Positions 41,123-49,599 of a stretch of DNA of 64,000 bases are shown here, piece after piece (the first letter of the stretch is position 1; every line of letters starts with the position of its first letter). The DNA is from Acidovorax delafieldii (GTDB lineage: Bacteria; Pseudomonadota; Gammaproteobacteria; Burkholderiales; Burkholderiaceae_C): the NCBI GenBank assembly GCA_002377855.1, contig DFQQ01000017.1:298-64297 (forward strand), written 5' to 3'. The position numbers and the translations under genes were made by a program. The notes below the pieces were generated by a model that saw nothing but the letters and a program-made list of their open reading frames with translations, had not been told where the DNA came from and ran no database searches.

Positions 41123-43900
41123 TCATTTTCCTTGACACAAAATTTCAACATAACCGATGAGCTCTGCCGAGTAGCTACCATCGCCATTCGCAGTTCCTTT
41201 ATGCTTTAGCTCCCGCTGCAACGTGGGCTCGACGGCGCGCGCGAACATCCCCAACCTCTGCTCTGCCGAAAACTTCGGCAAGGCCACCGGTGCCTGCAAG
41301 TAGCTCTCGCACTTGCGTTCAATGGCAGGCGCGCGCGTACCGTCTTCCTTGACGGCGATGGGCTGCACGACGAGGCGCCGGTCTCCACTCTTGCCGGATG
41401 TCTCAACCATCCAGATGGACAGCAGCACAGGTTCATCGACATCGGCCAGCACCGCCAAACCCACATCTTCGGGCGGCACGCTGCGCCAGCGCCCAAGCTC
41501 CTCCTGCACCAACGGGTGATCCAGACCCATCAGCTCAAGGGAATCGTTGCCGGTGGCCGTCTCGCGGTTCAAGGTGAACCGCGCGCGGCGGGCACCATCG
41601 ACGTTCACCAAGTCATAGGTTTCGTCGTCCACCTTGACTAGCCGCTGCTGCCGATCCGCCACGGCCGCAGACATGAACCGCACCAGGCGATCCAAGCTCG
41701 ACGACACGTCAGAGAAAGGCTTGTAGTCGTCAAGGCTGAATCCTTCGAGGTCTTGGAAGAGTTCAAACACCACCTGCCGCGCCTCGCGTGAGTTGGAAAG
41801 CGCCGCCTCCAGCTCAACTTGCGTCCGCTTCAATTCGGGGTCCGACAACGCCTCCTGATACAGCCGGTCATAGTTCAACCGCTCCGACAGCTGCCCCAGA
41901 ATCTGCGCGCGCAGGTCTTCGGCAACGTTGCCCTGGTCATCGACCTTGCCGACCGTGCGAGCAATCTCGGTCAGCTTTTCATCCAGCAGCATGAAGATGC
42001 GGCCTTCGATGGTGTCTGACAGCACAAGGTTGTAGACCTGCGCGGTGTGGTTCTGCCCGTAACGGTGGATACGACCAATGCGCTGCTCCACATCCATTGG
42101 GTTCCACGGCAGGTCGAAGTTGAACAGGATGCGCGCGAACTGAAGGTTGATACCTTCTCGCCCAGCCGCCGTGCACACCAAGACGCGCGGGCCATCCTTC
42201 TGCCGGAAGCGCCGTTCTGCCGCCACCTTGGCACCATGGTCACCGCCGCGCAGCACCACCACACCCTGGCCTGGGAAGGTCTGGTCAATCTCGCGGGCGA
42301 TCAAGTCCACCGTGCCGAGGTAGGTAGCGAACACCACAATCTTTTCGCTCGGGTCTTGCCGCCACAAGGTGCCCAAGCCATCCAACAGCTTCTGCGCCTT
42401 CGTCTCGCGCTGCTGCGGGAATATCTTGAGCAGGTCTCCTATGCGTAACCGCTCTTCGGGCAAGTGCAGTTCAACGACCGCAGATGCGGCCTCCTCGGCG
42501 TGCGCTGCCGAATACTCGCTGCCATACGGGTCCGACGCCAGCTCAAGCGCCTCCTCGTCCAGCTTCTTGACCAGCCGGTACTTCAGGTCAGCGATGACTC
42601 GGTCCACCTCACTGCGGCCAATCGGATCGCGCGCCAAGCCGAACTCGTCGTGGATCAGCTCTCTGGCTTCGTCTGTCAGCCTCTCCCGGCCTTCAATGTC
42701 CAGGTCTTTGTCACGCAGCAAGGCCTCGTGCAAGGTCAGCATCAGCAGTCGTCGCTTCAACGTGCGCTTGACGGCCGCAAAGCTCGATGCAGCAATCTTC
42801 TGGAAGATCGCCATCAGGAATCCGAGCGCCTGCCCTTTACTGCCCTGGCGCCGCGCCAGGTTGAAACCATCTTCAAGGTACTCGCGCAGCTTTTCGTAGA
42901 ACAGCCGCTCCTCCGCACACATCAGGAAGGATTCGGTGTGAACCCACCGCCGCGCGAACAGCGGTGAGCCATCGGGTTGGCATGCGTCCGCCTTGGTGCG
43001 GCGGAACATCACCGTGTTCAGGCGGTGCCGGTTTTCCAGCATCTCTTCCGGGCTGCCGAACAGCGTCGGGTTGAGCAACTGCGCCAGCATCCAGAACTGG
43101 AAGTGATTACCTTGGTGCGGTGTGGCCGACAACAGCATCAGGTCACGCGAATGGTCCTTCAGCGCCTCGGCCAGCTTGTAGTTCTCGGTCTTGCGTACCT
43201 TGCCGCCGTTGCGGTACGCGGTCAGATGGTGGGCTTCATCGAACACCACCAAGTCCCAACGCGGTGCATCGAGCAGCCGCTTGATACGCGTGGGGCGCTT
43301 CAGGGTGTCAATGCTGGCGATCAGGCGGTCATGCTTGGCAAACGCATTGGTCTTGCGGTCGGTGATATCACCCTCAGAGCCGAACACCTCGAAGTCAAGG
43401 TTGAACACCTCGTTCAATTCGCGGTGCCAGTTGTGCACCAGACCGGCAGGCACAACCATCAAAGCGCGGTTCAGCTCGCCTCGGCTGGCCAGCTCGCGCA
43501 AGATCAGCGCGGTCTCAATGGTCTTGCCTAGGCCCACCTCGTCGGCGATGAGATAGCGCCGGGGAGATGCGGTGGCAATCCGGTGAGTCAACACCACCTG
43601 ATGCGGCAGCAGGTCGATCTTGGCGGAGGTCAGCGCCGATGCGCTCTCCATGACCGGCAGCGCATGCGCCTCGTAGGACAGCCATGCCTTGCGCGCGCGA
43701 TCCTCGCCGCCATCGACGGCACGCAAGATGCGCTCGGTGCGTGACAGCTGGCGGCGCACCGCCGCGACAGGAACGCGGCGCTCGCCGATGCTGAAGAACG
43801 CCCGCAGGTATCCGTCACGGGCGGGGTCGAGAACGACGCCAGAGCCAAACTCGTGATGGCTGATCCGCTCGCCGGGTTGAAACTGAAGCTCCTTATCCAC
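41123..43900 (-). CDS. SNF2-family (COG0553-type) helicase
   Basis: 925 aa with a GTG start. Motif I DEVGLGKT, motif II DEAHHL, SATP, and motif VI QRIGRIHRYGQ. Last gene of the six-gene operon. Confidence 0.9.
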   Translation of the reverse strand: MDKELQFQPGERISHHEFGSGVVLDPARDGYLRAFFSIGERRVPVAAVRRQLSRTERILRAVDGGEDRARKAWLSYEAHALPVMESASALTSAKIDLLPHQVVLTHRIATASPRRYLIADEVGLGKTIETALILRELASRGELNRALMVVPAGLVHNWHRELNEVFNLDFEVFGSEGDITDRKTNAFAKHDRLIASIDTLKRPTRIKRLLDAPRWDLVVFDEAHHLTAYRNGGKVRKTENYKLAEALKDHSRDLMLLSATPHQGNHFQFWMLAQLLNPTLFGSPEEMLENRHRLNTVMFRRTKADACQPDGSPLFARRWVHTESFLMCAEERLFYEKLREYLEDGFNLARRQGSKGQALGFLMAIFQKIAASSFAAVKRTLKRRLLMLTLHEALLRDKDLDIEGRERLTDEARELIHDEFGLARDPIGRSEVDRVIADLKYRLVKKLDEEALELASDPYGSEYSAAHAEEAASAVVELHLPEERLRIGDLLKIFPQQRETKAQKLLDGLGTLWRQDPSEKIVVFATYLGTVDLIAREIDQTFPGQGVVVLRGGDHGAKVAAERRFRQKDGPRVLVCTAAGREGINLQFARILFNFDLPWNPMDVEQRIGRIHRYGQNHTAQVYNLVLSDTIEGRIFMLLDEKLTEIARTVGKVDDQGNVAEDLRAQILGQLSERLNYDRLYQEALSDPELKRTQVELEAALSNSREARQVVFELFQDLEGFSLDDYKPFSDVSSSLDRLVRFMSAAVADRQQRLVKVDDETYDLVNVDGARRARFTLNRETATGNDSLELMGLDHPLVQEELGRWRSVPPEDVGLAVLADVDEPVLLSIWMVETSGKSGDRRLVVQPIAVKEDGTRAPAIERKCESYLQAPVALPKFSAEQRLGMFARAVEPTLQRELKHKGTANGDGSYSAELIGYVEILCQGK

Positions 43901-43909
43901 GCGCAGACC

Positions 43910-44410
43910 TCATGTGATCCGCAGGTGGAAAAGACCCGCAGCCTTGGCCCCTTCGCGCAGCAAGATTTCTTGCGGGTACTCGTTGGCCTCGCCCCAAAGG
44001 ATGCGGCCGAAGGCCAACAGGCTTTCACTGTGGGGCGCAGCACAGCGCCACTCGATGGAATCAGTAGCCGGGTTGAGCTTAATGCGGCCTTGACCTGCTG
44101 GCAGCCAGAAAATCAGCGCCGCCTCGCCCTCGTAATAGGCTTGGAATGAGAGGATGGCGTCCTTGATGGCATCGCCCAACCAGGCTTCCGCATCTTCCGG
44201 CGTCAGCAGATCAAGACTGGCCTCCAGCCCAGCCACCACCACCGTGTTGTTGCCATTGCTCGGCAGGTCGTCAGGCCAATTGCCAACCGCCTGCAAAAAC
44301 TGCCGCAGGCTCCAGACTTGCCCAGCCTCGCAAACTTGGTTGCGGGCCTCTTCGTCCCACACCCAACTAGTGCCCCGCCGTTGCCAGACGGTATCGAGGG
44401 TTTGCTTCAT
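43910..44410 (-). CDS. small conserved-position ORF (166 aa) between methyltransferase and helicase
   Basis: The ATG at 44410 forms an ATGA overlap with the methyltransferase stop. It occupies the slot that I recall a DUF3780-type small protein filling in DUF499/DUF1156/helicase loci; this is unverified. Confidence 0.55.
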   Translation of the reverse strand: MKQTLDTVWQRRGTSWVWDEEARNQVCEAGQVWSLRQFLQAVGNWPDDLPSNGNNTVVVAGLEASLDLLTPEDAEAWLGDAIKDAILSFQAYYEGEAALIFWLPAGQGRIKLNPATDSIEWRCAAPHSESLLAFGRILWGEANEYPQEILLREGAKAAGLFHLRIT

Positions 44411-47400
44411 ACCTCGTACTCCTCGAACAGCGAAGTCTGTTGCGGCATGGCCGTCTGCGTCGCAGCCCAAGCGTTGTAGATGGACACCGCACGCGAGGCC
44501 GCATTGCGATTTTCCTGATCGGGACCGTGCCGATGCAGCCACTCCAGCAAGGGCTTCAAGGCCACGTGCGGCTTGAAGTTTTCGTTCTTCAGCGTGTCAG
44601 CCGCATTGATGCCACTGCCGTCGAAGCAGGCACCAACCAGCACCAGTGCCTGATCCAGATCGGAGGTCAGCCGACGCTTGTGCTTGCCAGACCACTCACG
44701 AGCGAAGTCCAGCGGCTTCACGCGCGTGAAAACCTTGCTCTTCTCAGAACACCATCCGCGCTGCTCGAATTCATCGGGCGTCGTGATGGAACCCTTCAGG
44801 AACTTCTGCAGCTGGTCGCGCTTCATCTCTGTGGCACTGCCGAAGGTACGAAGAAACTGGCGCGTGATCGGCTCGGCGTTGACCGGCGGCGGCTCCTTAC
44901 CCTTGTCAGCATCCTCGTCGATGAGCTGATTGATACCGATCAACGCCTCCTTGACGGAGATCGTGCGTCCTTCGTCAACGTAGACCTTGCCGTAGTGCCG
45001 AGAGAAGTACTCCAACGCCTTGCCGCGCCGGATCACCTGAATGTCCGCCGCTGGCAGACCTTCCTTCGCATGGTTTTCGAGCATGGCCTGTAGCTGGCGC
45101 ACATCAGCCATTACCTCACGGCGCATGCGACCCCAGCTAACCGGCTTGGGCTCCTCTGTGCGCTTGCGACAGACGTGGATGACGTCGTACTCGATTTTTT
45201 GCGCACCGAATTCAGCGTTGTCACCTTTAGTTTCGTCAGATCGAATTGGGTAAGTCGCTTCTAGGTAGTAGCCCGCATCGAACAGGGACTCAAGCACGGC
45301 CACCCACGGCTCATCCTCACTATGGTGAAAGGTGAAGGCGAGGATGCCGCTTGGCTTCAAAAGGCGATGCGCCTCGCGCCAGCATTGCGTTAACAGCCTT
45401 TGATAGAAACCGTTTGAGTCTTCTGGCTCGCGAAAGCTGTTAGCAACGGCTTCCAGCGACTTTGGGGTGTATTCCGCCTCGAAAATGTCAGGGTACTTGC
45501 CTTTAAGTGCCAGACGCAGCCAGACATAAAAAAAGTCGGCAAGCTCGGAATATTGCAAAAGGTCGCCGAACGGCGGATCAGTGATGACTAAGTCTAGGCT
45601 TGCTGTTTCAAGCTCGTGAAGATCGGTAGATGAGCCTTGACGAACATCCACATTCAATACTGGATCGCCCGGCTTGACCTTCTCACTTTTCCCACTCATC
45701 CTTTCAGCCAGAGCTGGGTCTTGGCGGCTAAGACTTTCTACGCTGACAACTTCCCAAGGATCAATTGCCCATTCTCGACCTTCGAGAACTCCCTCTGAGC
45801 TGGACGCCCAGTTACCACGACCCAGGTCAGGGAATACGCAATTCTCAACCACCGTTAACTTCGGGTGGTAGTTACTGTTCGAGAACATCGGCTCTGGCGT
45901 GTCTCGCTGTGGATTCCAAAAACTAAACAAGCACTGGTTGCGCAAATATTGCTGAAAAGCACCTAGAACGTACTCGCGCGTGGCCCAGTCATAGTCTCCT
46001 ATATTGACGATTGCCTTAAGCAACTGCGCATGCACCAAAAGCTGGCGGGCGCTAAACATGTCAGACCATTTCTTGTAGCCATGACCGTTGGCTATCAAAT
46101 CCTTAACCACGGCACGCAGGCTTGGTGGAATGTCTGATTGTGGCCAATAGTCTTTGAGATCGGCCTCCTTACGTACTTCCCATTCAGCTAGGGCTGCGTC
46201 GTACTGCTTGGCATGCGTGATATCGAACGCCGCGAAGAAGCGGCCACTATAGGGCTTTCCTGACGTATCGCGCTTTGGAGCGTAGCCCTGAACCGCATAG
46301 GCGCCAAAAGGCGCAGTTTTTTCTGTTGGTCGCAATGCTGAGATGATGTCCTGAGTGGTACCGCATTGCGCACAAGTAAATTTTCCATTGCCAGCCTTGT
46401 TGGCGCGATCTGTCGGAAAGGTGGTTTTCGTTTCAGGGCACGTCACTTCTTCCGGCAATTTGCCGCGCACTTCCAGCAATCGAATTTTCGACGCGCGCTC
46501 ATGATCCCAGCGCGCTGTCGTCGCAACATCATCCTGCGCCGACCCACCATATGGCTGGTTATTTGAATCCTGCTTGGGCGAACCGACCAGCCACTGTGGA
46601 TGCACCAGAAGGCTCAACTCGACCTTCTTGTTCGCACCTTTGCCGAGTTTGATTTGGCCCCGGTCACCAACAATAACCAATCCATCTTTAGGGTGGGTAT
46701 GGGCGGCGGCGTTATGTGTGCAGTGCGGACAGGTTACGCCCTGCGCAGGATCAAGTACCGCATAGGGCTGTTCCGAGGACACAACAAACAAAGGCACATC
46801 GGGCGCCATACGCGCGGCCTCAGCTTCAATATGAAATTTAGCACCACAGTTGCCGCAGGAGTGTTCCCAGTGCTTGACAGTGATTGTCTTCACGGCGATT
46901 ACTGGACTGCTCATGATCGGTGTACGGTGGCCGCAGCCCGTCACTTGACACGGGCCATGCTTAGCCCAGAAGGTGTAGATGACTTCCGGACCTTCGTAGC
47001 GGTATTCCTTCCTCTGCTCACGCGGGATGGTCAGCGGATCGAAGTCCGCAGGCATCACCTTTTTTGTCAGGAGATGTGTCCACGTGCCCTTTTCCCCTTC
47101 TGGACCGTCGCAGTAGTAATACGGCATGATCTGAGGCTTGACCTCCGCCTCGATGTCAGCGAGCAGGCGCTTCACCTCGTCCAGATCAACATTCGCCAGC
47201 TCTTGTTTGACCACGAACCACGCAACCGGGTTCAGATCATTGCCGACCATCTGCATCCCAAGGCGTGAGCCTTCCACCAGCGTAGTGCCACCGCCCATGA
47301 AGATGTCGGCCACCTTCAGATGCTTGAAAGCACCCTTTTTCTGGTGGTTGGCGTAATAGTTGTCCCACACCAGCTTGGCGGCGTGCGACTTGTCTTCCGG

Positions 47401-47664
47401 CGCCTTAGTCGCAGCAGCAATCAGCATCGAGCGGAAGACGCTGGAGCGGCGCCGCGCCCACCACTTGGACATTTGGTAGATCGGCTTTCCCGCGTTACCC
47501 TCAATGATTGCCACCTGATTGACAGGCAGGATCGGGAAATCCACTTCCAAACAAGTCTTGGGGCGATCAGGATCGTTGAAGTCAACGGTTTCAAGCGCGA
47601 CAGCCTTGCCGGCACCAACAGCCTTTGCGACTTCCTGGGCGAGTAGTTCTTTTTTGGTGGCCAT
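44407..47664 (-). CDS. DUF1156-type (COG1743-like) split adenine-specific DNA methyltransferase with Zn-ribbon inserts
   Basis: 1085 aa. N-terminal MSKWWARRRS, AdoMet motif FMGGGTTLVEG, then about 560 aa later motif IV ITDPPFGD followed by YSELADFFYVWLR. CxxC pairs (CGNC, CPHC, CAQC) lie in the insert. Confidence 0.85.
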   Translation of the reverse strand: MATKKELLAQEVAKAVGAGKAVALETVDFNDPDRPKTCLEVDFPILPVNQVAIIEGNAGKPIYQMSKWWARRRSSVFRSMLIAAATKAPEDKSHAAKLVWDNYYANHQKKGAFKHLKVADIFMGGGTTLVEGSRLGMQMVGNDLNPVAWFVVKQELANVDLDEVKRLLADIEAEVKPQIMPYYYCDGPEGEKGTWTHLLTKKVMPADFDPLTIPREQRKEYRYEGPEVIYTFWAKHGPCQVTGCGHRTPIMSSPVIAVKTITVKHWEHSCGNCGAKFHIEAEAARMAPDVPLFVVSSEQPYAVLDPAQGVTCPHCTHNAAAHTHPKDGLVIVGDRGQIKLGKGANKKVELSLLVHPQWLVGSPKQDSNNQPYGGSAQDDVATTARWDHERASKIRLLEVRGKLPEEVTCPETKTTFPTDRANKAGNGKFTCAQCGTTQDIISALRPTEKTAPFGAYAVQGYAPKRDTSGKPYSGRFFAAFDITHAKQYDAALAEWEVRKEADLKDYWPQSDIPPSLRAVVKDLIANGHGYKKWSDMFSARQLLVHAQLLKAIVNIGDYDWATREYVLGAFQQYLRNQCLFSFWNPQRDTPEPMFSNSNYHPKLTVVENCVFPDLGRGNWASSSEGVLEGREWAIDPWEVVSVESLSRQDPALAERMSGKSEKVKPGDPVLNVDVRQGSSTDLHELETASLDLVITDPPFGDLLQYSELADFFYVWLRLALKGKYPDIFEAEYTPKSLEAVANSFREPEDSNGFYQRLLTQCWREAHRLLKPSGILAFTFHHSEDEPWVAVLESLFDAGYYLEATYPIRSDETKGDNAEFGAQKIEYDVIHVCRKRTEEPKPVSWGRMRREVMADVRQLQAMLENHAKEGLPAADIQVIRRGKALEYFSRHYGKVYVDEGRTISVKEALIGINQLIDEDADKGKEPPPVNAEPITRQFLRTFGSATEMKRDQLQKFLKGSITTPDEFEQRGWCSEKSKVFTRVKPLDFAREWSGKHKRRLTSDLDQALVLVGACFDGSGINAADTLKNENFKPHVALKPLLEWLHRHGPDQENRNAASRAVSIYNAWAATQTAMPQQTSLFEEYEV

Positions 47665-47668
47665 CTTA

Positions 47669-48589
47669 TTATTTGCGTGTCGTCAACATCATCTCAACTC
47701 CGTAGAGCCTGCGTAACACCCTAGCTAAGCCTCTCAATTTGTGCATCAGCGGGTTTGCAAGCGCAGCATCCGACTTGCTTAGGCTTGCCTGGAAGTAAGC
47801 ATAGACACGGGCGTACTGATCGTCAGAATCTTGATTCCCAACGATACTCCTGAGCATGCTTTCGATGTACGCGTCAATATTTTCATTTGTCTTGCTGCTT
47901 GAAGAAAAAAGCTCCTCAACTTGGCCCTGTATGAGCCGCAGCAAATCGACAGACTCCGCCTTCACAGGATCGCTATGCAAGCTAACTTCATGAAACGAAT
48001 TGAAGTAGAACTTATGATCTTCCGGTGGATCCGATACGTCCATTTTCGGAGGGATACAAATGAGGCCCTCAAAATATGGAACTGAAGGGTAATCAAGGAG
48101 TAGCCCGTGCCGGAAAGTCAGGCGAGAATTTACCCACGCTTGGTCATATAAGGGGTCACCGCCGGACCTCAATCGCTTTGAATCAATAAAAGTCGGTGCG
48201 ACATAGAACACCTTCTCACCAGAATTTTGAAGGTCAACCATGAAGCTATGCTGCGATTTAGGTGCCTTCGCGGACTTCGCTCGAAGCGCAAAGTGAAACA
48301 ATCCGGCATCATCATCAAACGCCCATCCTTTGCGACGCATATAAGCTGCAGGTTGAGAAGACCAAGGGCGCCCAGTGAAGTCGGGATATTTGTATTGGAA
48401 ATACAAGGGTACCGCTTGCACTACGGCTGCATCCCAACCACGAGTAGCCTCCGCTCCAGGAGAAATAGGAACGATCTCTACTTTCCTATCAGGCCCTGTT
48501 AGCTGCCGAAAGATAGAAACAATGTAGTCATGAATGGATTGTTCGATGACAGGGGCATCGGACGGGGATGTCCACGGAGCCTTCACCAT
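47669..48589 (-). CDS. hypothetical protein with PD-(D/E)xK-like signature (306 aa)
   Basis: The ATG at 48589 overlaps the upstream stop by 7 nt. GWDAAVVQAVPLYFQYKYPD has a D-x12-Q-x-K pattern. Visibly more AT-rich than the flanking genes. The longer ORF to 48937 overlaps the PglZ-like gene and was rejected. Confidence 0.6.
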   Translation of the reverse strand: MVKAPWTSPSDAPVIEQSIHDYIVSIFRQLTGPDRKVEIVPISPGAEATRGWDAAVVQAVPLYFQYKYPDFTGRPWSSQPAAYMRRKGWAFDDDAGLFHFALRAKSAKAPKSQHSFMVDLQNSGEKVFYVAPTFIDSKRLRSGGDPLYDQAWVNSRLTFRHGLLLDYPSVPYFEGLICIPPKMDVSDPPEDHKFYFNSFHEVSLHSDPVKAESVDLLRLIQGQVEELFSSSSKTNENIDAYIESMLRSIVGNQDSDDQYARVYAYFQASLSKSDAALANPLMHKLRGLARVLRRLYGVEMMLTTRK

Positions 48590-49599
48590 TTCACTCCCCC
48601 TGCTACCGGGTAAGAAATTTCGACAAAGGGTGACAGCACCTCCAGCAGCGAAAGGCCGCCATGGGTCAGCGTTGGGTAGCCTCCCTGGCTCTTCCACTTC
48701 CTGCGCCCCAACGCCAGCAAATGTGCGCCATGCGGGCTGTCCAATTGCAGAGCCACGGGCGGCACAAACGGGCCTGCCTCGCCAGTGCCCACGACGCTGC
48801 GGCCGCTTGAAAAGGTCTTCTTGAGGTGCTGGCCAACATCGCCTTCGGCGTCGGGGAAGTAGCCCGTGGCAGCGTAGCCATGGTCGGACGTGATGACCAG
48901 ACGGCGACCGGTTGCGAGGCGCTCGACGAAAGACCAAAAGTCATCGCTGGTGAGCTGATCGGCGGCATCCTTGGTCAGCGTATCCAGACCTTGACCGGCG
49001 ACTGCTGCATCGTGAATCTTGCTGTCTGGCCAGTGGTGCCAGAACACCCAATTGGGCGCACCGTTGACCAATCCTTCGCAGTCCTTCCACGGCATGTCCA
49101 GGCTTTCGGTCTGCGCGGGCTGAAGACGATGCGCGAGGCCACCACCATTGTTCTGAAGCTGGCTGCGGCGGCCAAACCCAAGGGCGCGAGCAAACTCGTT
49201 GGTCTCGCCAGGGATTTCCGAGGCGTTGGCCGAGACTTCGTGCAAATTGAACCCGCGCTCTTTGGCACCTTGCAACAGCCAGGGCAATTCGCGCAGTGAC
49301 AGGCCGTCCAGAATCAGCACGGCTTTGGCGCTGTACGGCTCCGCCCACCAGCGCGCGAGACGGTCCGAAGTGCGCTCAACGGAATCGCCGAAGCTGCTCC
49401 ACAAGTCCCAGCCGCTGGCAGACAGGAAATTGTCCAAGGCGCCGATCTCTCGGTCGCGTTTGATGACTTCGCTCGGGGCGTTGCCAACGGCCAAGGGCTT
49501 GGAGGCAATCTCCGTGGCGCTCTTGACGATGACGCTCCAGGCATCAGCAGCGGAACCCTTGGTCAGTTCCTTCAGGATTTCAGGATGGAGGGCCATCAC
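48583..49599 (-). CDS. short PglZ-like / alkaline-phosphatase-superfamily protein (338 aa)
   Basis: VLILDGLSLRE (metal Asp), IPGETNEF (candidate Thr nucleophile), ITSDHGY and THGGLSLLEVLSPF match the PglZ/AP core. The start (GTG 49599 or ATG 49596) overlaps the upstream TGA. Confidence 0.7.
   Translation of the reverse strand: MMALHPEILKELTKGSAADAWSVIVKSATEIASKPLAVGNAPSEVIKRDREIGALDNFLSASGWDLWSSFGDSVERTSDRLARWWAEPYSAKAVLILDGLSLRELPWLLQGAKERGFNLHEVSANASEIPGETNEFARALGFGRRSQLQNNGGGLAHRLQPAQTESLDMPWKDCEGLVNGAPNWVFWHHWPDSKIHDAAVAGQGLDTLTKDAADQLTSDDFWSFVERLATGRRLVITSDHGYAATGYFPDAEGDVGQHLKKTFSSGRSVVGTGEAGPFVPPVALQLDSPHGAHLLALGRRKWKSQGGYPTLTHGGLSLLEVLSPFVEISYPVAGGVKW

Noticed and set aside
48590-48937. 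The 116-aa N-terminal extension of ORF 47669..48937
   Set aside because: It overlaps the 3' third of the PglZ-like gene in another frame and is Arg/Pro-rich. The ATG at 48589 gives a 7-nt coupling overlap consistent with the rest of the operon.
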